DNA from: Callorhinchus milii | Taxonomy: Eukaryota | DNA length: 64,000 nucleotides | NCBI RefSeq assembly: GCF_018977255.1 | Contig: NW_024704795.1 | Span: 248,001-312,000 of the forward strand | Direction of reading: 5' to 3' | Shown: piece after piece, positions 47,100-58,811 of the stretch | How the letters are laid out: every line of letters begins with the position of its first letter | How positions within the stretch are numbered: position 1 is the first letter of the stretch | Notes under the pieces: generated by a model | Databases searched by the model: none | What the model was told of the DNA's origin: nothing | Seen by the model: only the letters and a program-made list of their open reading frames with translations | Made by a program: the position numbers and the translations under genes

Positions 47100-47642
47100 C
47101 GGGCCCCGTTGCTCTGGAGCGAAAGATGGGGCGGGGGAGGGGGGGATAAGCGACGCTATTGCGCATGCGCAGTAACGGTCAGCTCGCGCGTGGAATAAGT
47201 CGTCACGTGAACTACGTTTCCCAAAGTGCCGCGCGCGGCACTTTGGGAAACGTAGTTCACGTGGCGACTTATTCCACGCGCGCGGCACTTCGGGAAACGT
47301 AGTTCGCGTGGCGACTTATTCCGCGCGGCACGCGCTGCTTGGCCCAGGGCTGGGACACGTGACTGGGGAGGGTGATGCGTCACGTGGCCTGGGCCCGGAG
47401 CCCCCCACCTCGGAGGCCAGGGGACGCCCTTCCCGCATCCAACCCTCAGCAACCAACCGCCCCCTCCCCGCTTTGGGTCAAAGGTCCGCCGAGCCACGAC
47501 CAATCAGAGAGCCTTCCCTGAACCCCCAGCCTCCCGCGCCCATTGGTTGAAACTGCGTCACTCAGCAGCCGCTGGCTTCCCATTGGTCAATAGGTTCGTT
47601 GAGGGCGGGAGGTGCGGCGCCGCGTGACCCGGAGATTGACAG
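47100..47642. promoter_or_regulatory. Bidirectional CpG-island promoter of MLH3 (-) and ERG28 (+), including probable non-coding exon 1 of ERG28 (donor CAG|GTGAGA after 47642)
   Basis: NRF1 site TGCGCATGCGCA at 47160; three ZNF143-like ACTACGTTTCCC(A/G)AAGTGC; several CACGTG E-boxes; three CCAAT/ATTGG boxes near 47500, 47542 and 47582; GC box GGGCGGGA. Confidence 0.8.
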
Positions 47643-47664
47643 GTGAGAAGCTGCTGCAAAAGCA

Positions 47665-48140
47665 CCCGTGCATGGGGGTGTGGGGCTGCAATGTACTCGT
47701 GCATGAAATGGGGGGGGGGGGGGTCTGCGATGCCCTCGTGCATGGAGTGTGCATGTGTGGGGGAGAGGGCTCCGATGCATCCTTGCATGGAGTTGGGGGG
47801 GGGGGCTGCAGTGCACCCGTGCATGGAATGGGGTGGGGGGGGGTGCTGCACTACACTCGTGCATGGAATGGGGTGGGGGGGGCTGCACTGCACTCGTGCA
47901 TGGAGTGGGAGGGAGGCAGGTGCAATATACATGTGCATGAAGTGTGCGGGTGCTGCAATGCGCTCGTACATGAAATGCGGGGGGTCTGCAATGCCCCTGA
48001 GCATGTGTGTGTGGTGAAGGGGTGGGGGAGCTGCACTGTATTTGTGCATAGAGTGAGGGTGGAGAAGGGACTCCAATGCCCCCGTGCATGGAGTGGGGGG
48101 GAGGGATCAATGCACTCTGGCATGGAGTGGGGGGTGCGTG
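47665..48140. repeat. Degenerate G-rich tandem repeat (GTGCATGGARTGGGGG...) in ERG28 intron 1
   Basis: GTGCATG plus a G-run recurs roughly every 35-40 bp. Confidence 0.75.
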
Positions 48141-48348
48141 GGCCTGCAATGCATCTGTGGATGAGGTAGGGGGGGTGCTGGGGTGGGGGGAAGGGTGTAC
48201 GGTACAGGTGGGGGGTGGTGTTGAAGAGGGAGCAGGTCCTGCCCTTACAAGTCCCAGTTCTGCCGTGTTGCTACTCAGGGAGGTTGGAATACGAAGGTTG
48301 GAATGTGCCCAGTGGTATTTGTGCAAGATCTTGTCTCTTTCCCCCAGG

Positions 48349-51300
48349 ATGAGTCGTTTTCTGAATGTGCTTCGCAGTTGGCTTGTCATGGTGGCTGTCA
48401 TCGGCATTGGAAACACAATACAGAGCTTTAGAGATCACAGCTTCTTGTCAGAGAAAATCTACACTGGCCAACCAGCACTGGGTACGCACCAGATTGGCAG
48501 CACTGCCCAACACAAAGTGACTAGCGCAGAGACAGCAGAGTGACTGCAATGACAGCAGCAAATTACATGTATAAAGTGAGGGAGGACTGGGGTGATGGGT
48601 GCAGATTTGGTGTGGGTGAGGGTGCGGGTAGCAGAGATTTGGATGAGTTAGACTTGTGAATAGTACACCTACAGAGACCAGCATTGGAGTGCATTGCATT
48701 GTCACTAAACTCGCTCACACCTCTCCACTCACTTCAGTCCAGTTTCTATGCTGCCCACAGCACTGAGCCAGCGCTCTGGAAAGTCACAAATGACCTCTCT
48801 CTCTGCGATCTGGATTTGATCTGCCTCCTTTGTCCTCCTGGACTTCTCTGTTGCTTTGGACACTGTTGATCATGCCATTTTCTTCGACCGCTTCTCCTCC
48901 CTCATCCACCTCAGTGAGATTACACTCCAGGTTCTAATTCTACTGCAACCAACACCATTATGGCTCATCAAATGGCTTCTCCTCATGATCCCACCAGGTC
49001 ACCTGTGGCATATCTTTGGCCCTCTCTTTGCCTCAGTACACCAACGTCCTGCAGCTAAATGTTGACAAGATAGTAGTCATCCTCCCATCAGCATCTTCTC
49101 ATCTGTGGCTCTGACTTCCCTCCTGCCTTCTACACATCCCTCATCCACTCCACTGACAGTGGCCATGCTTTCAGCCACTATGCTCACTCTCTCACTCAGC
49201 CTGTGAGACTCCTCCTTTCCCATCTTCATATCAGATCTTTGGATCACATCTGAAGACCTTCCTCTTTGACCTACGGTCACCTCCTCCCTCTCCCCAGCTT
49301 GACGTGAACCTCCGCAACTATTAAGTGCTCCAAGACACAGCCCCCATGTGAAGAGCGCTATGTAAATGCCAGACAGTGCTTTCAATGGAGTTTTATCTGA
49401 TTAAACTCCACAAAAACCCAACAGACACTCTGGGGTTGTCAAGATTTCTCAATCTGTTCCTAACATTCTTTGTAATTAGGAAAACAAGGTGCATCCATTC
49501 AGGAAGAGTGTGTACATTTGTGGAGTCCTGTAGCTCAGTGGTTAGAACACTCGCTTTCCAAGCGAGAGACCCGAGTTCAATTCCAGGCAGAGGGCGAAAC
49601 CTTGGGCAAGTTTCCTTACTCCACACACAGCCTAATAATAATCCCTCCAAAAAACCCAAAACAATAATAAATTGGTCATTTTCAATCTACGACTGTTTGT
49701 GGGACATTGCTGTGCGCAATTGATGGCGCGTTCGCCCACAAATATACAGTCAATTCACTTTACAGTGTGTTCTGTGAAGCGCTTTGGGACATCCTCCCGA
49801 CGTGAAAAGCACTATATCAAATGCAAGGATTATTATTATTATTACATTCTATATGATAGAATTACAGAATTATACAGCACAGAAGGAGACCATTTGGCCC
49901 ATCGTGTCTGTGCCGGCTCTTTGAAATCAATCCCATTCCCCCGCGCTCTCCCCACAGCCCTGCAAACTTGTCCTCCCCAAATAATTGTCTACTTCTCTTT
50001 TAAAAGTTGTTATTGAATCGCTTCCACCAGCCTTTCAGGCACTGCATTGCACCGTTTACTACTATTCCCAGCTTTGTATCATTTGCAAACTTGGAAATTG
50101 TACTCCCTATCCCCAAGTCCAGTCATTTGCCCACAAATATACAGTCAATTCACTTTACAGTATATTCTGTGAAGCACTTTGAGACGTCGAGAAGAAAAGC
50201 GCTATTTGAAATGCAAAGATTATTATTATTGTTTACATAGATCAAAAACAGCAGTGGTCACAATACTGACCCCTGGGAAACACCACTGCACACTTCCCTC
50301 CAGTCAAAAAAACAATGGTTCACCACCACGTTCTGCTTTCTCCCCGCCAGTTCTGTATTCGCTGCCACTGTCCCCTTAATTCCTGAGCTTCAATTTTGCT
50401 TACATCCATACATCAACTGCACTACCTTCATCCATTACTTCATCAAAACACGATCAGACGGAAATTTCCATGGGTACATTTAGGACTTCTGTCAAGTTTG
50501 AATACTCTTAAGCACTGTGATGGCCTAACACATCCAGTTGTCTAATTCAAAAAACATGTAGAGGAAGTGTTACTCTGTCTCTAACGAGTACTGTCGCTGG
50601 AGTGCTTCCCCCCCAAAAAAGGGGAGGTCCTCCCGACATGAACCGCTCTATATAAATGTAATTTGTTGTTGTTGGATGGACAGGGTAGAAGGAGCCTGTG
50701 TAATGCTGTGTGTTTCTTCCCTGTACAGTGAATGGGCTGCAGGCCCGGACGTTTGGCACCTGGGTTCTTCTCGCCTCCATCATTCGCTGCAGCTGTGCGA
50801 TGGATATTCACAATACCACGTAAGTTTTACAGCTGTTACCCAGGCTCAGATCTGTCCATCCATCAGCCTCATTTAGTTGCATCTGGATCAGAAGGTTGTG
50901 GGTTCAAATCCCACATCAGCACAGCCTCACAGTCTCGGCTGCCTATAGTTGTAGGTGAACAAGGCACCTAATGTACACATAGGGAAGTTTCACAAACAGC
51001 TGGGAGGTGAATGACTTAGTATCCCGGATGCTTTTTTAACAGCTTTATCTACCTGTCCTGCCACCTTCAAACATTTACTTATACGAACCCCCCAGGTCTC
51101 TCTGTTCCTTCACCCCCTTTAAGATTGTACCATCAGCGTATAATAATAATAATAATAATCCTTGCATTTGATATAGCGCTTTTCACGTCGGGAGGACGTC
51201 CCAAAGCGCTTCACAGAACACACTGTAAAGTGAATTGACTGTATATTTGTGGGCGAATGCGGCAGCCAATTGCGCACAGCAATGTCCCACAAATAGTCAT

Positions 51301-54300
51301 GGATTGAAAGTTTATCATTGTTTTGTTTTGGAGAGATTATTATTAGGCTCTGTGTGGAGTAAGGAAACTTGCCCAAGGTTTCGCCCTCTGCCTGGAATTG
51401 AACTCAGGTCTCTCGCTTGCAAAGCAAGTGCTCTAACCACTGAACTACAGGACTCCACGTATATTGCCTCTTCTTATGCTTTCTCTCAAAATGGATTGTT
51501 GCCGAGGACATCAGCAAAAAATCGATTCACTTTTTGAATAGTGTCATGGATTCTTTAAAGTCCACCTGAACAAGCAGACGGGGACCTTGGTTTAAGGACC
51601 ATTTGAAGGACGGCCCCTCTGACAATGCAGCGCTCCAGGTGTACTGGAGTGCCAGCTGGTATTACAGTTTTCATTTCTTCTATCACGAGACTGAATCATC
51701 TGATTCAGAAATCAGAGCACTATCAGCTGAGTAGGCTCTCCCCTCATAGCAAATTCTGATTTGCAATGAAGTCATTTATTTAGATTTTAAACCTTTAGCA
51801 AGTTTGCTTACTCCACACACCTGTTTACCTAGTATGTAATAATAATAATAATAATAATAACATTCCTTGCATTTGATATAGCGCTTTTCACGTCGGGAGG
51901 ACGTCCCAAAGCGCTTCACAGAACACACTGTAAAGTGAATTGACTGTATATTTGTGGGCGAACGCGGCAGCCAATTGCGCACAGCAATGTCCCACAAACA
52001 GTCGTGGATTGAAAATGACCAATTTATTATTGTTTTTGGTTTTGGAGGGATTATTATTAGGCTCTGTGTGGAGTAAGGAAACTTGCCCAAGGTTTGGCCC
52101 TCTGCCTGGAATTGAACTCAGGTTTCTCACTTGCAAAGTGAGTGCTCTAACCACTGAGCTACAGGACTTATCACGCCTTAGAGATGCCTCAAAGTGCTTC
52201 ACAGGATATAAAGTGAATTGACTGTATACTTTGTGGGTGAAAGGCGGCAGCCAATTGCGCACAGCAGCGGCCCTGGCGCTGTATCAAATGCCAGGATTAA
52301 TATTATTATTTACAGTATCTGTGAGGCTCTTTGAGATGTCTAAAAGATGTTATCAAATGCAACAACAACAACAACAAGATTCCATTTATAGAGCGCCTTT
52401 CACGTCAGGAGGACGTCCCAAGGCGCTGCACATTTGGGTCATGACCCGAGCAGGGGGGAAATGGTCAGGGTGAGGGGAGGGAAGGGAGGGATAGAGGAGG
52501 GGGGAAATGGTCAGGGTGAGGGGAGGGAAGGGAGGGAGCGAGGAGGAGGAAGAGAGTCGAGAGGGGAGCTGAAGGCACGGTCAAAGAGAAAGGTTTTGAG
52601 ACCGGCCTTGAAGGAGGAAAGGGAGGAAGCGGCGAAGGCACTGGGGGATGGAGTTCCAGAGCCTCGGGGCTGAGAGGCTGAAGGCCCGGCCACCGATGGT
52701 AGGGCGGTTGGGGCGGGGGACGTGGAGCAGACCGGAGCCAGAGGAACGGAGGGTACGGGCAGGTAGGTAGGGGGATAGTAGGTTGGAGAGGTAGGAGGGA
52801 GCAAGGCCGTGAATGGCCTTGTAGGTGAGGATGAGGATCTTGAAATCAATCCTCTGGGGGATGGGGAGCCAGTGGAGGCGAGCGAGGGTGGGAGTGATGT
52901 GGTCCCGAAGCCTGGTGCGGGACAGTACACGAGCTGCAGAGTTCTGAATGACCTGCAGCTTGTGGAGGGAGGTGGCGGGAAGGCCGGCGAGGAGAGAGTT
53001 CCCATAGTCCAGCCTTGAGGTGACAAAGGCGTGAACCAGGGTTTCAGCAGCGTGAGGGGTGAGGTAGTGCCGTAGTCTGGCGATATTCCGGAGGTGATGG
53101 AAGGCGGTGCCAGTTGTGGTGCGGATGTGAGGGAGAAAGGACAGCTCAGGGTCGAACAAAACGCCGAGGTTCCTGACTGGCTTTGAGAGGTGGAGAGTGC
53201 AGCCTTGGATGCTGATGGTGTCAGCGCCTGAGGTGCGGAGGCGCTGACGTGAGCCAATCAGGAGGGCCTCGGTTTTTCGCACGTTGAGCTGAAGAAAGTT
53301 GTCTCTCGTCCAGGACTCGATGTCGGACAGGCAGCTGTCAGGACATCGGTGGTCGTGGAGTTGAGAGTAGAGGAGGAAAGGTAGAGTTGGGTGTCATCCG
53401 CATACATGTGGAAGTTAACCCCATGTTTGCGGATGATGTCACCAAGGGGGAGCATATAGAGGGTGAAGAGGAGGGGACCGAGGACAGAGCCCTGAGGGAC
53501 ACCACATGAGACAGTACGGGGGGTGGAGGAGAAGCCATTCGTTGAGACGAAGTGAAGACGGTGGGAAAGGTAAGAGCTAAACCATTCAAGGACAGTGCCT
53601 TGAAGGTTGAGGTGGGAGGACAAGCGGTGGAGTAGGATAGCGTGGTCGACCGTATCGAATGCTGCCGATAGGTCGAGGAGGACGAGGAGACAGAGGGAGC
53701 CCTGGTCACAGATGGTCAGGATATCATTGGTGACCTTGACCAGGGCAGTTTCTGTGCTATGGCAGCACGGAAACCTGACTGAAGGGGTTCGAAAAGAGAA
53801 TGGGTGGAGAGGAAAGAGCGCAGTTGGGAGGCGACAACTCTTTCCAAGACCTTGGAGAGAAAGGGGAGGTTGGAGATGGGCCGGTAGCTTGATAGCTGCG
53901 ACGCATCAAGGGAGGGTTTTTTCAGGGTGGGCGTGATGATGGCAGTTTTTAATGGAATGGGGACAGAGCCAGAGGAGAGGGACAGGTTTATGATGTCAGT
54001 GATGTGTGGGGCAAGAAAATGGAGCTGGGAGATAAGGAGTGGAGTGGGGATGGGGTCAAGGGAGCAGGTGGTTGGTTTTAGGGATAGGATGAGTTCAGTG
54101 ACAGAGGGTGGGGAAACGGGTACGAAGGTGTGTAGGGGAGGATGGGTAGGAGTCGGAGTGTGGGAGGGAAGGGGTGGGTGGTGGGTGGAAGTTGGAGGGG
54201 AAGTGACCGCGGAGCGGATTCCCTTGATCTTGGATTCAAGGAAATCCAGCATCTCCTCGCAGTGAAGGTTGGAGGATATGACCTGCGCGGGGTGGCGGGG

Positions 54301-55758
54301 GGGACGGAGGAGTCGGGTTGTGGTGGAAAACAGTAGCCTGGGGTTGTTCTTCGCCTCCAGGATTATCCAAATGCAAGGATTATTATTAATTATTATTAAT
54401 TTAATTTAGTCAGGAATTCAATAAGATGCTACATAAGAGACCCGTCTCCAACATTAAGATACATGGGTAGATGGAAAGCGGAGATGGAGAGAGGTTGGCT
54501 GAAGGACTGGTGGCAGAGAGCAGGTATTAATGGATGTTTTTCTGATTGGCTGAGAGTAATTTGTTTGGTGTCTGAGGGATCGGTGTTAGGCCTCTCATTG
54601 CTCATCTAGATGCTAAAGTTGGTGAATAATATCTAAATTTACAGTGGATAGTAAATTAGGAGATCTTGTCAGCAGTGATGAAGAGTGCAGAAAGCCTCAG
54701 GCAGTGAGCAGGTTTATAATGTGTCACGTGTCACAAGAAATGTGTGGACCCCACCCCCAGGCTGTACCTGCCCCAGTACCTGACGGTTCTGAGCTGCTGT
54801 TTTTTCTCAACAGATTATATCACATCACGCTATGGACCTTTGTATTAGCTCTGGGCTACTTCCTGTCAGAAGCCTTTGTCTACGGCACAGCTCCCATTGC
54901 AATCGGCGTCCTGGCCCCACTCCTCGTGGCAAGTAAGTGAGAGGTCCACGACATTCAGCCTGAAGGTACATTAGGTGCTGCTGCGGGAAGTGGAGGCTAG
55001 GAATGACCACTATGGGGTGGTGGTGGGGGGAACAGACTGGGTGCCATGACTTACTCTGCCTTTCACCACCTCTACAACATCGCTCGTCTCAACCACTGCC
55101 TCTCCCCTCAGACCACCAAAGCCTTCATCCACCCATTTATCACATCCAGACTCGACTACGCCAACTCCCTGCTTGTTGGCCTCCCCAACCCTTCCCTCCA
55201 CAGGCTGCAGATCATCCAGAACTCTGCAGCCCATGCACCAGGCTCCGTGACCCTATCACCCCCATCCTCGCCCAACTCCACTGGCTCTCCATCCCTCAGA
55301 GTTCAAAATCCTCATCCTCGCTTTCAAGCCCTCCACAGCCTCCTTTAAGGCACATCAAGACCCTTCTCTTCGACCATACCTTCGCTCACCCTTCTACCCC
55401 CACCCTCCACCCCTCCTGATCCCAACCCCCAGTTCAGGTTGAAATCTCTGACTGTCCAGCGCCTTAGGCCGTTCTCCCGATGTGAAAGGCACTGTGTAAA
55501 TGTCATTTTGTTGTTGTTGAGGGGGGAGGAGAAAGGGCAAAATGACTACTGTGGGTGTGGGTGTGGGGTTGGAGAGACAAGACGTATCAATGGGAAGGGT
55601 GGGGGGGGGGGAGGGTTTACTGCACAGCTGCTTTGGGTGACACTCTGTGCCTCTGTCCTTTAGGTTTCTCTATTCTGGTAATGCTGATCGGGCTACAGTT
55701 TCTGCAGAAACAGGAATCATCAGCTGGAAGTTCCGTAAGACACAAAAAAAGGATCTAG
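48349..55758 (+). CDS. ERG28: Ergosterol biosynthesis 28 homolog (C14orf1), 4 coding exons, 145 aa
   Basis: Exons 48349-48481 ([15 protein letters not shown]...[16 protein letters not shown]), 50729-50819 ([12 protein letters not shown]), 54814-54932 ([25 protein letters not shown]) and 55664-55758. GT-AG with consistent phases. AATAAA at 55812. Confidence 0.97.
49522..49842 (+). mobile_element. SINE, full length, young
   Basis: Matches the family consensus. Confidence 0.92.
49850..50455 (-). mobile_element. CR1 fragments (3' tail and RT) with a nested SINE tail at about 50127-50230
   Basis: Reverse-complement similarity to the 17602-19215 element. Confidence 0.65.
51141..51457 (-). mobile_element. 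SINE, full length, nested in a CR1 fragment (about 51020-51140)
   Basis: Family consensus; CGTATA is present on both flanks. Confidence 0.9.
51838..52168 (-). mobile_element. SINE, near full length, young
   Basis: Matches the family consensus. Confidence 0.9.
52363..54367 (-). mobile_element. L2-type LINE, about 2 kb, 5'-truncated, with a 9-bp target-site duplication
   Basis: [36 protein letters not shown] and [19 protein letters not shown] occurs at 52354-52362 and 54368-54376. Confidence 0.93.
55050..55520 (+). mobile_element. L2-type LINE 3' fragment
   Basis: [10 protein letters not shown]...[14 protein letters not shown]...LQIIQNSAA; (TTG)n tail. Confidence 0.8.
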
Positions 55759-55811
55759 ATGTATTGCCCCTGAGCTACACACTCACTTATCCAGGGTCTT
55801 GCTCACCCCAT

Positions 55812-55817
55812 AATAAA
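55812..55817 (+). terminator. ERG28 polyA signal
   Basis: AATAAA about 54 nt after the stop codon, with T-rich sequence downstream. Confidence 0.65.
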
Positions 55818-58811
55818 GACTAAAATATATTTGTTTCACATTTGGTCATTTTTTTACGCTGCTATGTCTGAACTGTGGGTAGGGACAGGACTGAAGTAGA
55901 GAGCTCTAGTGGGGGAGCGAGCACCAACAGACACAATGGAGAGAGAGAGAGAAGGGAATGGGGTTAGAGCTCTCCAGTGGGGGAGAAGACATTAATCTTG
56001 ATTTTTTAACCCAATTTCACCAATGATTTTTACATCTCTCTTCATAGCGTCCGCTCAGCCTCCCTCATGCCACAAGCTCCAGCCATCCAACCATCTGCAG
56101 TACAGATGTCCCCACTCTCTGGAGCTCCAGCCTGGAGTCCCTTCGACTGACACCTTCCTTCACCACCGCCAAGGTCCCCCAAGAGAGCTTCTTCTCTTGA
56201 CAGCGCTTTCATTATATTGAACACAGATCACTCCTCAAACTCTTTAACTTGAGGAATATTCCCCAAAACTACCTGGCGTCTCATCAGAACTGAAATCCTT
56301 CATCCCAATTATTAATCTCTAGTCATTGCTTGACACTAGGTTAGTACAACAGAACATATTATAATGCGGTTTGTTTGCAGTGTGGATCCTATTGTTACTT
56401 ACCAAACAAATCCAAAAGGCAGTATGAAAAAACAGCTGTCTTACTCCAAACACTGGCTGGTTTTCTGCGCCAGACATCAATGTTTGCAGGAAGTGATACC
56501 AGTTGAGACCTACACAAGTGCTAATGACAAATATGCCCCATTTTATGGAGCCTAGATACCAGGAACAACAACTACTTGTACTTATGTAGAGCTCTTCACG
56601 CAGGATAGCATCCCGGAGTGATAGCTACCAGGAATAGGGTCCACTGCATTTCCTTCCTATAGTTCAGTCCCTGAAACAGAACGCAATAAATACTCTGGCA
56701 CAACAGAATCTTGGGAGTATTGTAATTGCAGAGTGATATGTGATAAGCCAGTACTGATGATAATGATAGCCAAACAAGATTACTAACAAGTGATTTTTAT
56801 TCAAAATTTACTTCACTTGACAGAGATCCACAAAAATAAAAGCAGATTATTGCTACATTATCATTGATGGCCTTGTATGGGGACCTGATCCCAAACTCCT
56901 GCTAATCAGTCATAATGATTAAGGATTGATTCTGCTGCTAAAAACCTCTCACATCACAGGTTGAGTCAATTAGCTAAAACATAGTGATTTAATTGTACTG
57001 CTTTTCTGTGCAGTACAGTGGTGCTGCCATTGCACCAATAACATTCAGTGTCAGATATTGTCCATTCAGGGACAGTCCTGGATTCCCTACACTTTCAGTT
57101 ACTGTCTAGCCAGTTGACATGTCACACAAAGGGAAGTAGGGCTGACAGTTGCTGAGCTAACATTATACGGAAGCACTCTGTGCAAAGCCTGGATGGTAAA
57201 TGCAAAGAAATATCAACCTGGAAGATGAACCACATTTTAAGACTTATACCCGGATCTAAACCAAGTCCACTGTCCTTCATCTCTGGAACATCACCTTATT
57301 AACTCACAAACCCTCCTGCTCACTTGTGTCACCTCCACACTTGACTTCTGCAATCCTCCCCTCACCTGCTTCCTTAAAGTTTAACCCTCCAAGGGCTGTA
57401 GCTCACCCAAAATTTCACAGTCCGTATCATCAACTTTACATTTATATAGCACCTTTCACACTGAGACGACGTTTCAGAATTGGGGTAGTTAAGGTGGGTG
57501 AGAAACATAACCCAAAGGAAAGTTGAAAAGACTTAAGGTGGGCTTTAAAGGTGGAAAGGGAGGTTGCCTCGCACCATCACCAGCTCTGCTTGCTCCTTAT
57601 TCCCCAACAGATCAATAAGGTCCTAGTTCTAATTTGTCTCGCACCATTGGCCCACTCCACTTTTGTGAATTGTGCTCCTACTCCCCCCACCATTCCTTCA
57701 CTTTTACCAACTTGTGACTGTTTCATGCTCCCCCCAACCAATCGATGGGCCAGTCTTCATCTGTCTTCTCCCCGCTGTCCCAATCTCTCACCCTGCTTTG
57801 GCCCCTGTAAAGTGCTTTGACATATTAAACTACCTGAAGTTGCAATGCTGTACTGCATCTGAAGAGGGAAAGGGATACAGGATTCCTGCTGAATGAACTA
57901 AGCAGGCAGTGCACTGATGAAGCTTCCACACTAGGGCTGAGCTGCTCTACATTGGAAGAACAAGAGCCTACACCTAACCTCAGCTTCTACCACTGCACAA
58001 CTATCCTGGGGGTGGGTGAGAGGGTTTCGTTAAAGAAGAGCTGGCTCTAAGGAGAGGTGTTTTGCAACAGAATGTCTCTGTGGCTCAGTTGTCCGGTTGC
58101 TGAGCCAGCTGGGTCTGCAGCACACCGCGTGAGGGGCAGAGCCATCACTGGAAGCTCCACTCAGCACCTGTTAACCTTGCAAGCCGAAGCCCTAATGGGT
58201 AGGGTGGTTCTAGCTGGACAAGCAGCAGGAAGCTGGCCAAACAGTGTTTCCAATGGCAAGCTGTGTGGTTTTAGCTGGTTAGACTCCAGCAGTTACCCTG
58301 ATGCATACTTTGGGGTCATCAGGTCTCGACTCTTCAAGCCTAATACTCTCCGGAATTTGGTAAGCAAGGTGTATCCCTCAAGGGAGAGTGTGCATTGTAT
58401 TCCAGCCATGGGAATTTGCACATGTAGGTGTCATACATGTGAGGCAATCTTAGGCTGGTTTGGATTCTCTTGAGCACAGTGATGGGTTTATATGTATGTC
58501 GGACACTTGGTGAACAGAAAAAAAAATCACTGCACCGACAGCAGTTCAGAACCAGAATTGAACTCAACATTCTAAGCTGCTTCTGAAAACTTTGTGACCA
58601 GAGACAGGTCCTACATATAACCCACTGCGCTGAGGGCACAGACTGACTGACTGACCCCACCCGAGGAGCTGGCAGCACCACCAGAGCCATTGATTCTGCT
58701 TCATGAGGTGAAGTGATGATTAGAAAATGTAAAGAAAATAATCCCGAAGGGAAGTGACAGCAGTTCCATTGCTGAGGGTTAGAACTGGAGCTGAGCTGAC
58801 AATCCCCATCC

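Noticed and set aside
57914-57945. Second hammerhead candidate (CTGATGA)
   Set aside because: No stem II or GAAA box follows.
58570-58700. Alternative last FLVCR2 exon at an AAG/CAG acceptor near 58697
   Set aside because: The acceptor at 58878 has a stronger pyrimidine tract and gives a plausible short C-terminus. The alternative gives an implausible Trp/Cys-rich peptide.
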